The notes below the pieces were generated by a model that had not been told where the DNA came from, did no database searches, and was given only the letters and a program-made list of their open reading frames with translations. DNA of 64,000 nucleotides from an uncultured Candidatus Rokubacteria bacterium (GTDB lineage: Bacteria > Methylomirabilota > Methylomirabilia > Rokubacteriales > DASRDR01), in NCBI GenBank assembly GCA_963805625.1, contig CAWDVE010000022.1:1-64000 (forward strand), given 5' to 3'. The translations under genes and the position numbers were made by a program. Below, in pieces: positions 29,209-40,213 of the stretch (its first letter is position 1; each line of letters opens with the position of its first letter).

Positions 29209-32055
29209 TCACGCCTCATTCACAAGCAGCGCCACAGGAAAGCTACTGAACACGTCGGCCAGTAACAGAGCTCCGCGGTCCACCGTGAGGCGCTCACCGG
29301 TCAGTGGATTGACAAGCCATGGTCCGGCGTCGGGCGGCACGAGCAGCCTGGTCTCGTCGCCCCAGTAACTCTTGCCGAGCGGAAGCTGTTCGAACCCACG
29401 GCGGGCCAGCAGGCGGGGGACGATCGTGAGCGCGATGGCCCCCTTCGCGACTCGACCGAAGGCGAGTACGTATTCGGCGAGTGGTCCGCGGCTTTCCAGG
29501 AGCCTGTACTCGCCGTCATCGAAGAGTGCCGCGTGCGCGTTGCGACACGCAAGAGCGTGACGGATCAGGTAGAGTTTGACCCGACCGTCATCTTTTCCGT
29601 CTACAAGCTTCCGGATGTAGGCCGCCCGATCCGGAGCGGTGTCCGCCGCTTTTGTCAGCTCCTCGAGCATGTGTCGTCGCAGTTGCCAGTCGACAGGACG
29701 CCGATTGTCGGGATCGACCAGGTTGAGATCCCAGAGCTCGCTGCCCTGGTAGAAGTCGGGAACGCCCGGAGCCGTGATCTTGACGAGGGTCTGGGCCAGC
29801 GAGTTGAACGCGCCGTAGTGCGCAACGCGGGCCTGAAATGGGACGAAATTCTCGAGAAAACGGGACGAGCGCACAGGATCGAGGATCGCTTCGGCGAAGC
29901 GCGTGATGGCGTTGTCATAGCGCGTGTTCGGATTGATCCAGCTCGTATGCGATTTGGCTTCACGGATCGCCTTCAAGAGGTAGGCGCGGAACCGCTCGAT
30001 GCCGATGGGCCAGGCCCCGACGAGCGTTTGGTAGATCAGATACTCGGTATTCGCCCCCGGCGTCGGCTGGGCGTCGACGGTCGTGCGGTGACTTCGGTTC
30101 AGCTTCCGCCAGACGCTGACTCGGTGCCGCCATTCATCCGGAATCTCCGAGAGGACGTTGATCCGGGCCCGCATGTCCTCGCCCCGCTTGGCGTCGTGGG
30201 TGGACGTGGCGGACAGCCCATGTGGGTACGTCTGCTGCCGCTCGACCATGGCGGTATGGAACTCCGTCACCGGGGTCCCGAAGCGGCTCGGGTCGGCTCC
30301 GACCTCGTTGAGCGACACCAACCGGTTGAATCGGTAAAGTGCGGTGTCCTCGTACCCCTTGGCGGTCACCGGCGAGGTGATCTGCTGGAACCGCATGGCG
30401 AACTCGAGCCGCTCGCGCCGTTCAGCATCCTGCGCCCAGGGCGGGAACCGCAGCGTGAGGATGTCCTGGATCCAGTCGTAGATCGACGGACTGGTGAGTG
30501 GCGAGCGGCGCTTCGCCTGCGCCACCGCCCGGGCGATGAACTCGCGGTCGTGCTCGCTCACGCCTCGCTGATCCTCACCCACGTAGGTGCGGTAGACAGG
30601 AAAGTTCGCGACGATCTCGGTCAGCGCGTGCGCGAGGCTGCCGAGCGTGAAGTCACGGGAAGACCGATGCTTCTCCGAGATCGCGTTCAGCCGGTTCGCG
30701 AGCATGTTGAGCTCGGAGGACATCGACGTCTGCATGACGAGTCGCTTGCATTCGTAGACGATCTCCCCAAAGGGCGGGCGCTCTTTGATCAACCGGGCGT
30801 ACAGATGCTCCATCGCCCGCGCCTGGCTGCGGTCGACGAAGATCCCATTGAGGAGGTTGAGGAAATCGTAGCCGGTTGTACCCGCGATGGGCCAGCTCTG
30901 CGGCAGCGACTCGCCCGGGCTCAGAATCTTCTCGGCCACGATGAAAAATGGTCCATCGACACCTGGAGCGGCGCGGGCACACTCGCGTTGCAGGCTCCGG
31001 AAGTATTCGGCCGGGGCGTAGAGCCCGTCTGGATGGTCGACACGGAGCCCGGTGACCCGCCCGGCACCGACGAGACGAAAGACGAGCCGGTGAGTCTCGG
31101 CGAAGACGTCCGGGTCCTCCATACGGATGGCCGCGAGCTCATTGATGTCGAAGAAGCGTCGGTAGTTGATCTCCTCGCCGGCCACCCGCCAGAACGCGAC
31201 TCGGTAAGCCTGCTCACCCAGCAGCTCGTCGAGAAGGTCGAAAGACCGCGGGTCCTCGGGCGTCCCGTTGAAGCGGCGGATGGTCTCGTCGAGGAACGTC
31301 TGCACCTCGGGAGACTGCCGCAGTAAGGCCGCCAGGCGCTCGACTCCCGCCGTTTTGTCCTGAAGGCGCCCCCTCGCTCGCTCCCGGTCCCGGTCGGGCC
31401 GCGGGGCAAGGGCTGCGAACCAGGTGGTAAGAGCCTTCAGCTCCAACAGACCGGGGTGCGACGGCCCCACCGTGGCTTCAAGCTCGTCGATCCGATGCCC
31501 GAGGACGCGGCTGTAAGACCGCGGGGCGATCGGCAGGACCGTCTCGTCATAGCGAACGGTGAGGACGCCGTCATTCAGCTCGAGGCGTAGTTCCCCACGC
31601 TCCAGCACGATGCCGTACTGGTCGCCGAGAACGGGCAGCAGTACCTTTCCGGCTAGCTCAGGTTTGGCGGGGTTCCAATCGATATCGAATACGTGAGCGA
31701 AACGAGAGTCGGCCCCGTGCTCGAGGACGTCCAGCCACCAACGGTTGCGATTCCCGGCGATACCCATGTGGTTCGGGACCAGATCGACGAGCAGGCCCAG
31801 GCCGTGCTGGCGGAGTGCGTCCGAGAATCGCACGAAGGCGGACTCGCCGCCGAGCTCCTCACGGATTCGATTGTGATCGGAGACGTCATAGCCGTGCGAG
31901 GCGTCCGAACTCGTTTCGAAGAAAGGCGAGACATAGCAGTCGGAGATGCCCAGGGCCGCGAGGTAGGGGACGAGCCCGGCCGCATCGTCGAACGTGAGCC
32001 GAGGCCCGAGCTGGAGACGATACGTGGCGAGCGGAATCCGGGGCGAGGCCGGCAT
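29209..32055 (-). CDS. treY: Malto-oligosyltrehalose synthase
   Basis: ATYRLQL, SHGYDV, DLVPNHMG, INYRRFFDIN, GLRVDHPDGL, EKIL, STHDAKRGED, LVDPDNRRPVD. Confidence 0.95.
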   Translation of the reverse strand: MPASPRIPLATYRLQLGPRLTFDDAAGLVPYLAALGISDCYVSPFFETSSDASHGYDVSDHNRIREELGGESAFVRFSDALRQHGLGLLVDLVPNHMGIAGNRNRWWLDVLEHGADSRFAHVFDIDWNPAKPELAGKVLLPVLGDQYGIVLERGELRLELNDGVLTVRYDETVLPIAPRSYSRVLGHRIDELEATVGPSHPGLLELKALTTWFAALAPRPDRDRERARGRLQDKTAGVERLAALLRQSPEVQTFLDETIRRFNGTPEDPRSFDLLDELLGEQAYRVAFWRVAGEEINYRRFFDINELAAIRMEDPDVFAETHRLVFRLVGAGRVTGLRVDHPDGLYAPAEYFRSLQRECARAAPGVDGPFFIVAEKILSPGESLPQSWPIAGTTGYDFLNLLNGIFVDRSQARAMEHLYARLIKERPPFGEIVYECKRLVMQTSMSSELNMLANRLNAISEKHRSSRDFTLGSLAHALTEIVANFPVYRTYVGEDQRGVSEHDREFIARAVAQAKRRSPLTSPSIYDWIQDILTLRFPPWAQDAERRERLEFAMRFQQITSPVTAKGYEDTALYRFNRLVSLNEVGADPSRFGTPVTEFHTAMVERQQTYPHGLSATSTHDAKRGEDMRARINVLSEIPDEWRHRVSVWRKLNRSHRTTVDAQPTPGANTEYLIYQTLVGAWPIGIERFRAYLLKAIREAKSHTSWINPNTRYDNAITRFAEAILDPVRSSRFLENFVPFQARVAHYGAFNSLAQTLVKITAPGVPDFYQGSELWDLNLVDPDNRRPVDWQLRRHMLEELTKAADTAPDRAAYIRKLVDGKDDGRVKLYLIRHALACRNAHAALFDDGEYRLLESRGPLAEYVLAFGRVAKGAIALTIVPRLLARRGFEQLPLGKSYWGDETRLLVPPDAGPWLVNPLTGERLTVDRGALLLADVFSSFPVALLVNEA

Positions 32056-32058
32056 TGT

Positions 32059-34473
32059 CTACGGGGTCGCTTGGCCCGCCAGGGCGAAGCCGAGCGCATC
32101 AAGCAGGGGCCGCAGCGTGTCACGCGCCTCCGGGTGGTCGCGCCACAGCGCGAAGACCCGGTTCTGCGTGTGCCAGAGCCCGAACCGGAGGCCGATCCGC
32201 CTGGCCCCGAGGACAAGTGTGACGAGAGGGGCCACCCGCTCCGCCGTCATCTGCTCGGCCAGTGCGTCCAGGCTCCGCCCGACCATCAGCCTGATGCTGG
32301 GGCGGACCGCGGCGCAGTCCAGCTCGAGCCCCAGGGAGCGTGCCTCCTCTGAGATCTCGAAGGCCCTCTCTGGCAGCGTGGTCGAATCGGCGGCGCGCCC
32401 GAGCTCGGCCACGAGCTCCTCCTCGAGGACGAACTTGGCGGTGATGCCGAGGACCTCGGGGATCGGGGCGTCGGCCTGGCGCAGATACCGGACCAGCTTG
32501 CGGCTATCTTCCCAGACGCGCCGGTACGTTTGCTCGTGCTTGCTGAGCACCGCCTGTATCACGCCGGCCAGCACGCGTCGGCGCTGCTCGAGGAACAGGT
32601 GCGTCAGGGAGAACAGGCCCTCGGGGAAGTGCTCATCGAGCCCTCGCACCGTATCGGCCATGCTGCGCTGAGCGTACCGACGCAGCAGATCGGCCTTCAT
32701 CGTGTCATAGGCGGCCGGTTCCTCGTAAGTCCGGATGCCGCACGAGAAGTCGTGGCCCCCGAAGTGCAGCACGGTGTACTGGAGGTCCTCACTCTGGCCG
32801 GTGATCTCGGAGGCGACCCGGACATGCCCGACGCGTAGCCGGCTCCCCTCGTGGCTGTCACCGACATCGTCGAGCCGCTTGACCAGCCACGCGTAGATGG
32901 ACGCCTCGTCCGGATACTCCTCGAACAAACCACTGATCGCGTAGTGGGCGACAACCCGGCGCAGGTCGACGACGGCTGGCTTGATCAACGCGCGATAGAC
33001 GTCGCCGCCGTTCGCGAAGAGCGCCACGTTGGTCGGGGCGGCTTCGAGCCGCCGGATGAATTCGTTCTCCAGGTCTTCGCCCCCAAGGTCCCTCAGGTAC
33101 TGCAGGGCCATGGCCGCGTACTTCAGGATCTGGGTGGGCTCGAGCGCCGAGATGTCGTCGAAGAACCATCCGCAGGACGTGTACATGAGCAGCCGATTGC
33201 GCTCCATCTCGAGCAACCGGCGAGTCTCCACCTGAGCGGCGGCGTCCAGCAGGACTCGCCGATGACGAGCAAGCCAGGTGGCCAGTCCGTCCCGACTGCG
33301 ATCGAGGATCACGTCGATGTACGCGTCCCGTGCCTCCCAGGGGCTCTTGAGGAGGGCTGAGGCGTGCGATTCGTAGAAGGCGTCGATGTGGTCCCGCAGC
33401 CAATCTAGTGCCTCGCGCAGGGGGGCGCGCCAGCGTTGATGCCAGTCCGCGCGCGTCCTGCATCCGCAATCGCTCCGCCACCGGTCGACCCCATGGGCAC
33501 AGCTCCACGAGGTGAGCTCCCGAATCTCGACCTCGAAGATGGGCGGCTGTTCGGCCAGGAATACGCCGTAGTTCGTCAGCGCTGCAAGCCCGTCCGCCTC
33601 GATCTGGGCGATCGCGGCCGCCAACGCCATGTCCCCGAAGGGCTTGTGGTGGCCGTAGGACTCGCCGTCGGTGGCGCAGTGGACGAGCTGCGCCCCATCG
33701 CGGTCCGGGACGAAGCCGTCCTTCAGGCGCGCGACGAGGTTCTCGCCCCGGTCGAGGGCGTTCTCGAAGGCGATGGCTCGCGAAATCGGTCCGTCGTAGA
33801 AGAAGATACTGAGCGTCCGGCCTTCAGACCCGCGCCAGAGATAGGGCCGACTCGGATCGACCCGATCGTTGACTTCCTGCCACGGCTCGGTGCCGATGCG
33901 GCGGATACGCCAGGCCTGGTGAGGCGCCAGGATCGTGAACTTCATTCCCGCATCAGCGAGCACCTCGAGTGACTCGTTGTCGACGGCGGTCTCCGACAGC
34001 CACATTCCCTCGGGGTCGCGTCCGAATCGCTCCTGGAAATCCTTCCGGCCCCATGAGACCTGCGTCACCTTGTCGCGCCGCGAGGCCAGCGGCAGGATCA
34101 TGTGATTGTAGACTTGGGCAATGGCGTTGCCGTGACCGCCGTGGGCCTGTGCGCTGCGACGGTCGGCCTCGAGGATGCTCTGGTAGACGTGAGGCGCCTG
34201 GCGGTCGAGCCACGAGAGGAGGGTGGGTCCGACATTGAACGAGATCTTTTCGAAGTTGTTGACGATGTCGATGATGCGGTTGTCCTGGCCGACCCGGCGG
34301 GCGGCGGTGTTCGGCGCGTAGCACTCCGCCGTCACACGCTCGTTCCAGTCATGATGGGGCGCGGCTGAATCCTGAACTTCGACCGCCTCGAGCCACGGAT
34401 TCTCGCGCGGTGGCTGGTAGAAGTGGCCGTGGATAGCGACGTAGCGGGCACCCGTCGGAGGACGCTCATTCAT
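32059..34473 (-). CDS. GH57-family glycoside hydrolase with DUF3536
   Basis: IHGHFYQPPRENPW, HDWNERV, YNHMILPL, GMWLSET, TDGESYGHH, SWSCAHGVDRW, MYTSCGWFFD. Confidence 0.9.
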   Translation of the reverse strand: MNERPPTGARYVAIHGHFYQPPRENPWLEAVEVQDSAAPHHDWNERVTAECYAPNTAARRVGQDNRIIDIVNNFEKISFNVGPTLLSWLDRQAPHVYQSILEADRRSAQAHGGHGNAIAQVYNHMILPLASRRDKVTQVSWGRKDFQERFGRDPEGMWLSETAVDNESLEVLADAGMKFTILAPHQAWRIRRIGTEPWQEVNDRVDPSRPYLWRGSEGRTLSIFFYDGPISRAIAFENALDRGENLVARLKDGFVPDRDGAQLVHCATDGESYGHHKPFGDMALAAAIAQIEADGLAALTNYGVFLAEQPPIFEVEIRELTSWSCAHGVDRWRSDCGCRTRADWHQRWRAPLREALDWLRDHIDAFYESHASALLKSPWEARDAYIDVILDRSRDGLATWLARHRRVLLDAAAQVETRRLLEMERNRLLMYTSCGWFFDDISALEPTQILKYAAMALQYLRDLGGEDLENEFIRRLEAAPTNVALFANGGDVYRALIKPAVVDLRRVVAHYAISGLFEEYPDEASIYAWLVKRLDDVGDSHEGSRLRVGHVRVASEITGQSEDLQYTVLHFGGHDFSCGIRTYEEPAAYDTMKADLLRRYAQRSMADTVRGLDEHFPEGLFSLTHLFLEQRRRVLAGVIQAVLSKHEQTYRRVWEDSRKLVRYLRQADAPIPEVLGITAKFVLEEELVAELGRAADSTTLPERAFEISEEARSLGLELDCAAVRPSIRLMVGRSLDALAEQMTAERVAPLVTLVLGARRIGLRFGLWHTQNRVFALWRDHPEARDTLRPLLDALGFALAGQATP

Positions 34474-36344
34474 CGTTGGTGCTCAGCGCGCGCCCGATGC
34501 TCCGTGTCCCACAGGAACCAACCCACACTCCAGGGCGGCAGTGCCGCCCACCGAGGAGCCGCGAGGCCGAGCGCGTAGAGCCGCCGTCCCCAGCCCCCGT
34601 CCGGGCCCTCGTGCATGACGGCGTTGGCCCCCAGATTAGCCACGAGGCGCAGGACTCGTCTACTCGGGAAGATCCACACCATCTCCAAGCCCGTTCCTCC
34701 GAGGAGCCTCGAACCCACCTCGGGTACGGTCTCTCTAGCCGTGAGCGGCGCAATCTCCCGCTCTCGGAGTCGCAGGAGGCTTCGGTGGAAGGCCACCCAT
34801 TCCTGGTGGAGGGTCTCGCCGGCCCAGCTCCAGTCGAGTGCCGAGCGCTCGCGGCTCTCTGGGGACTGTGGATCGGGGATGCGGCGGCGAGTGTCGGGAC
34901 TGGCGAACGCCGGAAAGCGGGCGAACTCCCGCCTCCGTCCTTCCGATACTCGGGGGCCCAGGTCGGGGCCCAGATCGCTGAAGAACAGAAACGGCTCACG
35001 GGCCGCCCATTCCTGCCCCATGAAGAGTAGAGGCAGCGACGGGGCCAGAAGCAGCACGGCCGTGGCCGCCCGGACCGCCTCCGCCGAGGCCAGGGTCGTG
35101 ATGCGCTCACCGAAGGCCCGGTTGCCAACCTGATCATGATTCTGGAGGAACCCGATGAAGGCCGTCGGCGGCAGGTGCCCGCTCGATTCGCCGCGCGGCC
35201 GACCCTGGAACCGTGAGTAGTCGCCCTGGTACGCGAATCCCTCGGCGAGGCACCGCCGCAGATGGGAAAGCGGCGGGTGGTAGTCCTGGTAGTAGCCACC
35301 GTGCTCATTCGTGAGGAGCACGTGCAGCGCGTGATGGAGATCGTCGTTCCATTGCGCCTGATAGAGAGGGCGACCGCGGACACCTCGGCGCTCGAGATAC
35401 CGAGCCTCGTTGCCGTTGTTCTCGAGTACAAGGTGCACGGCCCGATCCCGCCCCGGCCCCTCTGCGACCGCTCGCGCCAGCTCCGTCAACACGTGCGATG
35501 CAGACGTGTCGGCGATCGCGTGCACGGCGTCCATGCGAAGGCCGTCGAGATGATACTCCTCCAACCAGTACAGCGCGTTGTGGATCACGAAGGCCCGGAC
35601 CACGTGTGACCCGACGCCATCGAAGTTAATGGCGTCACCCCACGGGGTGCGCCGGTGAGGATTGAAGAAGGCCGGTGCGTAGTGGTGCAGGTAGTTCCCT
35701 TCGGGGCCGAAGTGGTTGTAGACGACGTCGAGAAGCACGGCGAGCCCGCGTTCGTGACAGGTTTCCACGAGCGCTTTGAGTGCCTCGGGCCGGCCGTAGC
35801 TCGAGTCCGGTGCGAAAGGCAGGACGCCGTCGTAACCCCAACCCCAGCGTCCGGGAAAGTCTGCGATGGGCATGAGCTCGATCGCCGTCACCCCCAGCGA
35901 CACCAGGTGATCGAGTCTCTCCGCGATGCTGGAGAAGGTTCCGGCGGGCGTGAAGGTCCCCACGTGGAGCTCATAGAAGACGAGGCGCTCCGCCGGGACG
36001 CCCGTCCATCGCGCGTCGTGCCAGACATGGGATCGGGGATCGATCACTTCGCTTGGCCCGTGTACGTCATCGGGTTGAAATCGGGACGCGGGATCTGGCA
36101 CGAGCGCGTCGTGGTCGATCCTGAACCGGTAGCGTGTACCCGCCGGCGCGTCGCCCGTGGTGAGTTCCGCCCATCCCTCGGCGTTCATCGTCATCGGATA
36201 TGCGCGAGCGAGATCGTCGAGCCACAGTTCGACGATTCGGGCGGCCGGGGCCCACAGTCGGAACCGTGTGCTTCCATCGCCCTGCAAACGGGCGCCGAAG
36301 GGCATCCGGTACTCACGTCGTGTCGGGACAGTCAGGTCGGCCAT
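34470..36344 (-). CDS. treZ: Malto-oligosyltrehalose trehalohydrolase
   Basis: FRLWAP, PDPASRFQP, YELHVGTF, WGYDGV, DVVYNHFGPEGNYL, GLRMDAVH, QNHDQVGNR. Confidence 0.95.
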   Translation of the reverse strand: MADLTVPTRREYRMPFGARLQGDGSTRFRLWAPAARIVELWLDDLARAYPMTMNAEGWAELTTGDAPAGTRYRFRIDHDALVPDPASRFQPDDVHGPSEVIDPRSHVWHDARWTGVPAERLVFYELHVGTFTPAGTFSSIAERLDHLVSLGVTAIELMPIADFPGRWGWGYDGVLPFAPDSSYGRPEALKALVETCHERGLAVLLDVVYNHFGPEGNYLHHYAPAFFNPHRRTPWGDAINFDGVGSHVVRAFVIHNALYWLEEYHLDGLRMDAVHAIADTSASHVLTELARAVAEGPGRDRAVHLVLENNGNEARYLERRGVRGRPLYQAQWNDDLHHALHVLLTNEHGGYYQDYHPPLSHLRRCLAEGFAYQGDYSRFQGRPRGESSGHLPPTAFIGFLQNHDQVGNRAFGERITTLASAEAVRAATAVLLLAPSLPLLFMGQEWAAREPFLFFSDLGPDLGPRVSEGRRREFARFPAFASPDTRRRIPDPQSPESRERSALDWSWAGETLHQEWVAFHRSLLRLREREIAPLTARETVPEVGSRLLGGTGLEMVWIFPSRRVLRLVANLGANAVMHEGPDGGWGRRLYALGLAAPRWAALPPWSVGWFLWDTEHRARAEHQR

Positions 36345-36670
36345 AGCCTCCCAAGGCTTGTGTGCCCGGTCTCTCTATACGCCGGGCCTCTGTTCCGAAT
36401 GGTAGCTTGAGGTGGGGGCGGGGTGGAACTCATGGGACAGGGCACTGGACCCTACTCACCGGCGCGCCTGACGAGAATGCGTTACACCCCGGAGCTCAGC
36501 CGCCTGGGGTTCCATGGTGCCACGGTTGTTTTCCGGACCGCTCCGCACCGGACCGGCAGTGGTCGCGCGCGCCGGGGAACGTGTGGGTGGGCCCGGGAGG
36601 GCGCGGGGTGGCGCATGGTCCACCAGCGCTCACGTCTGCCCGCCATCGGGGATCTGCCGGGGGGATCACA

Positions 36671-36991
36671 GTGTCCAGGGATCCCCGTCGCAGCGAGGCG
36701 CGGCGAGTCACCCGCGACGTCGAGCCGTCGGCCCTGAAGGATCTGCTCGAGCACCCGCCGCGAGCCACCGTGGCGTTCGTCGACCGGGACGCCGTCGAGG
36801 TCCTGCCCGTACAGGCTCGATTCCGTGCTGCCACCTATCAGTTCGGCGTCCAGCCCGAGGTCGCCACGGACTTCGAGCATCGGGAGGTGGTGCTGGTGAT
36901 CGACGACGGGGCGTACTGGCCTCGGCGCTGCGCGTGGAGCTGTGCAGTATTGGGCGGTGGCGCCTCCGGACGCTCTACTACGGGCAGGTGA
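36671..36991 (+). pseudogene. Hypothetical protein, possibly a truncated pyridoxamine-5'-phosphate-oxidase-like fold
   Basis: Protein-like up to EVVLVIDDGAYW, then loses coherence. Confidence 0.35.
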
Positions 36992-37111
36992 AGGGTGGAT
37001 CCGGACACCTGCGAGTCATTCCCACGTCGGCCGAGTTCCTGGAGCGGGTCGGCGTGTTCTCCAGCGATGCTCCCAGCTGCTACAAGGGGGGTGCAGGCGA
37101 CCGTCGAGGCG

Positions 37112-37786
37112 TTAGGGGCCGATAAAGGCGATAGGTCCAATGAGCGTGGTGGCGCTGGAATGCGTGTCGTTCGTGTCGATCGAGATCGCGATTACCTTGG
37201 GGCTCTCCTCCGGCCGCTCCCCGTATACCCGGCGGTAGTCGTCGACGACGTTGCGGCGTTCCGTGAGCCAGCGGCCGAGGTTCTCCGAGCCAGACCGCAG
37301 GATGAAGAACGTGACCGTGCTGGTCTTCTGGCTGCGCTCGATGCTGCCCGCCGGCTCGACGCTGCCCCAGGCGTAGGCGATCAGGCGTGAGCGCAGGGCC
37401 TCAGGGAAACGCGGCCACACGACCACCAGGTACCCAGCGAGATCGGACGTGCCGCGCCTGCGAACATCGGCCCCCGCCGGAAGCTCGACGATCTTCCAGC
37501 TCCACTCCAGGACCGGCGTCGCCTCGAGATCGACGTTGAACTCCTTGGCGATCGTCGAGTGCTCGTCATGACTGACGACACGGAGCGCCCGTCGACCCTC
37601 ATCCTCCGTAATGACGAAGTCGTACGCCGGGCGTCCCCCGAGCGTGGTGTACGGCGTCCATCCCGACGGAATACCATGGCCCCCGGGCGCTTGAGAGGTC
37701 CAATTCTCGATCACGGTCTTCGCGGCGAAAGCGAACGAAACCAGTGTGAGGACGAGCGCGGTGGTGACGAACAGCGGGCGTCTCAT
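37112..37786 (-). CDS. DUF3047-family exported protein
   Basis: Signal peptide; PVLEWSWKI, YAW, W.TERRNV.DDY, IAISIDTNDT. Confidence 0.8.
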   Translation of the reverse strand: MRRPLFVTTALVLTLVSFAFAAKTVIENWTSQAPGGHGIPSGWTPYTTLGGRPAYDFVITEDEGRRALRVVSHDEHSTIAKEFNVDLEATPVLEWSWKIVELPAGADVRRRGTSDLAGYLVVVWPRFPEALRSRLIAYAWGSVEPAGSIERSQKTSTVTFFILRSGSENLGRWLTERRNVVDDYRRVYGERPEESPKVIAISIDTNDTHSSATTLIGPIAFIGP

Positions 37787-37922
37787 GAAGCCAGCTTACC
37801 AACGCGTCGCACAATTGGAAGCTATCGTCTCCCGGTTCGAAATACACGTCCGGAAATTGGCTGGCCCACGTGCTATCGTGTCCACCCCGTGGGTGACGGT
37901 CCGACCGCCGGCGCGCGTCACG

Positions 37923-39098
37923 CTAGCTGAACTGCCTCCGAAAGCGCCAGACGCTCAGTGACACGAGCACGAGCGTGAAGATCAGCAGCGCGAGGAAGTT
38001 CGGCCACAGTGTTCCGAATCCGCTTCCCTTGAGCATGCCACCCCGCGCGATGGCCGCGAAGTGATGAATTGGATTGAGAAGGGTCACGGGTTGTAGCCAG
38101 CCCGGCATCGCTTCCACCGGATTCAGGGCGCCGGAGAGCGAGGCGAGCGGCGGATTCACGAAGAAGGCCGTGAGCTGCGACTGCTGCGCCGACTTGCTGA
38201 ACGTCGCGATCACCGTACCCAGGCCGATCCCGGAGAGGATGCACAGCACACCGCCACCCAGGACGAAGGGGAGGCTCCCGTGAAATGGCACGTGGAACAC
38301 GAGCTTGAGGACGACGAGGGCGAGCACCATCATCATGACCAGCAAGACGAACAGCGGCATGATCTTCGCGATGATGATCTCTCCCGTGCTCGCCGGCGAC
38401 ATGAGCAGCTGCTCGATCGTCCCCGCCTCACGCTCCTTCACCATGGCCGCCGACGAGATCAGCGAGCTGTTCAGAATGAGAAGAAGACCGAAGACGCCGG
38501 TCGCGATGAACCAGGAGTCGACCAGTCCCGGATTGAAGAGGAACGCCGGCACGAGGAGCACCTGGCCGCGACCGCTCGCTGCCGCGGGGGCGCCCGCCAG
38601 CGCGCGCGCGAGAACCCCCGCCCGTCGGAGCTCCTGGTTGTAGCTCTGGATCACGCCCTCGGCATAGGCTTGCCCGATGGTGGCGGTGTTAGCGTTCACG
38701 GCGTTCAGCAGGAACTGCACGGTCGTCGGCCGTCCACGCCACAGGTCGCGCGCGTACTGATACGGGATGACCACGCCGGCGTCGATGCGCGCCTGACTGA
38801 TCGCCGCGCCGAGCTGCTCCGCCGACGCGTAGTAGCCCCCCAGACGGAAGCTCTGGCTCTCCGTCAGGACCGCCACCAGCTCGCGACTCTCGGGGGTCCG
38901 GCTCTCGTCGACGACGCCCAGCCGCAGGTTCGCCACGGACGCGCTCAGGGCAAAGCCGAACAACGTGAGCTGCAGGACCGGGGGCACGATCAGCGAGATG
39001 ACAAGCCGCCGATCCCGCCGGATCTGATCGAACTCCTTCCCGACGAGTGCACGGACCCGGCCCGTGAACAGGGATCGTCTCAGCGGCCTCATCGTCAC
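37923..39098 (-). CDS. ABC-2 exporter permease (YbhR-like)
   Basis: KEFDQIRRD, FNPGL, KEREAGTIEQLL, LSG..PVEAMP. Confidence 0.9.
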   Translation of the reverse strand: MTMRPLRRSLFTGRVRALVGKEFDQIRRDRRLVISLIVPPVLQLTLFGFALSASVANLRLGVVDESRTPESRELVAVLTESQSFRLGGYYASAEQLGAAISQARIDAGVVIPYQYARDLWRGRPTTVQFLLNAVNANTATIGQAYAEGVIQSYNQELRRAGVLARALAGAPAAASGRGQVLLVPAFLFNPGLVDSWFIATGVFGLLLILNSSLISSAAMVKEREAGTIEQLLMSPASTGEIIIAKIMPLFVLLVMMMVLALVVLKLVFHVPFHGSLPFVLGGGVLCILSGIGLGTVIATFSKSAQQSQLTAFFVNPPLASLSGALNPVEAMPGWLQPVTLLNPIHHFAAIARGGMLKGSGFGTLWPNFLALLIFTLVLVSLSVWRFRRQFS

Positions 39099-40201
39099 GC
39101 CCGGAGCTGCATCTTGCGCATGCCCCACCAGCCGACGGTGTAGAAGATCGCCCCGATGAGCACGATGATCGCGACCTTTGGCCAGACCGCGGGCCAGCCG
39201 CCGCCCTGGAGCAGGGCGTCGCGCACGATCTCGATGTAGTAGCGGCCCCAGATGAAGTTCGAGATCCAGCGCAGGCCGACCGGGATGTTCTCGACCGGGA
39301 AGATCAGGCCAGACAGCAGGAAGATCAGCAGGAATCCCCCGAGCGCCACGACCTGCATCGCGGCGACCTGGCTCGGAATCGTTGCGCCCACCATCGTTCC
39401 AAACGCCGCCACGCAGAACGCGTACAGGACCGTGGCGACGACGAAGGGCGCCGGATCGCCGACGAAACCTAGGTCAAAGTACGTGAACAGGAGGACGAGC
39501 ATAATCAGGCACTCCGCCAGCGCCACCACCGCGAAGGCGATGATCTTGCCGAGCAAGAACTCGTGCGCGGAGATGCTCGAGACGTAAACCTGGAGAATCG
39601 TCTTCTGCTCGGTCTCCCGGGCCATGGCGAGCGCCGCCAGCAGGGGCGGAAACATGGAGATGGCCAGCACGAAGATTCCCGGACCGTAGAACTTCCTGGA
39701 CGAGAGCCCCGGATTGTACCAGAGACGGATCGCGGTCTGGATGGGTTCCGGGTGCGGAGAGGCCGTCGTCCGCCGGTTGTGCGCGCGGACGATCTGCGTC
39801 GCATAGCCGGCCGTGAGCTTGGCCGTGTTTGCGTCGGAGCCGTCCACGAGGAGCTGGACGGGCGTATCGACACCCCGCGCGATGTCCCGCTCGAAGTCCG
39901 CGGGAATGATCAGCACGGCGCGCGCAACGCTCGCCGACAGGGCCTCCTCAGGATGTCGGCCCACGGGCCACGGCACCACGCGGAACGTGATCGAGGCGCG
40001 GAACGCGTCGACGAAGGCGCGGGATGCCGGAGAGTCATCGAAGTCCTGCACGACGACCGGCAGGTTGCTCACGCGCAATGACAGGCCCGCGCTGAGGAGC
40101 ATCAGCAGCACGACGGGCAGCACGAGCGCGAGCGCGAGCGTGCGCCAGTCGCGAATGATCTGGATCAGCTCCTTGCGGGCCTGGGACAGGATCCGCCGCA
40201 T
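39095..40201 (-). CDS. ABC-2 exporter permease (YbhS-like)
   Basis: KELIQIIRD, VDGSD, WYNPGL, LSGLIFPVENIP. Confidence 0.9.
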   Translation of the reverse strand: MRRILSQARKELIQIIRDWRTLALALVLPVVLLMLLSAGLSLRVSNLPVVVQDFDDSPASRAFVDAFRASITFRVVPWPVGRHPEEALSASVARAVLIIPADFERDIARGVDTPVQLLVDGSDANTAKLTAGYATQIVRAHNRRTTASPHPEPIQTAIRLWYNPGLSSRKFYGPGIFVLAISMFPPLLAALAMARETEQKTILQVYVSSISAHEFLLGKIIAFAVVALAECLIMLVLLFTYFDLGFVGDPAPFVVATVLYAFCVAAFGTMVGATIPSQVAAMQVVALGGFLLIFLLSGLIFPVENIPVGLRWISNFIWGRYYIEIVRDALLQGGGWPAVWPKVAIIVLIGAIFYTVGWWGMRKMQLRA

Positions 40202-40213
40202 CGGCGCTGCGCC

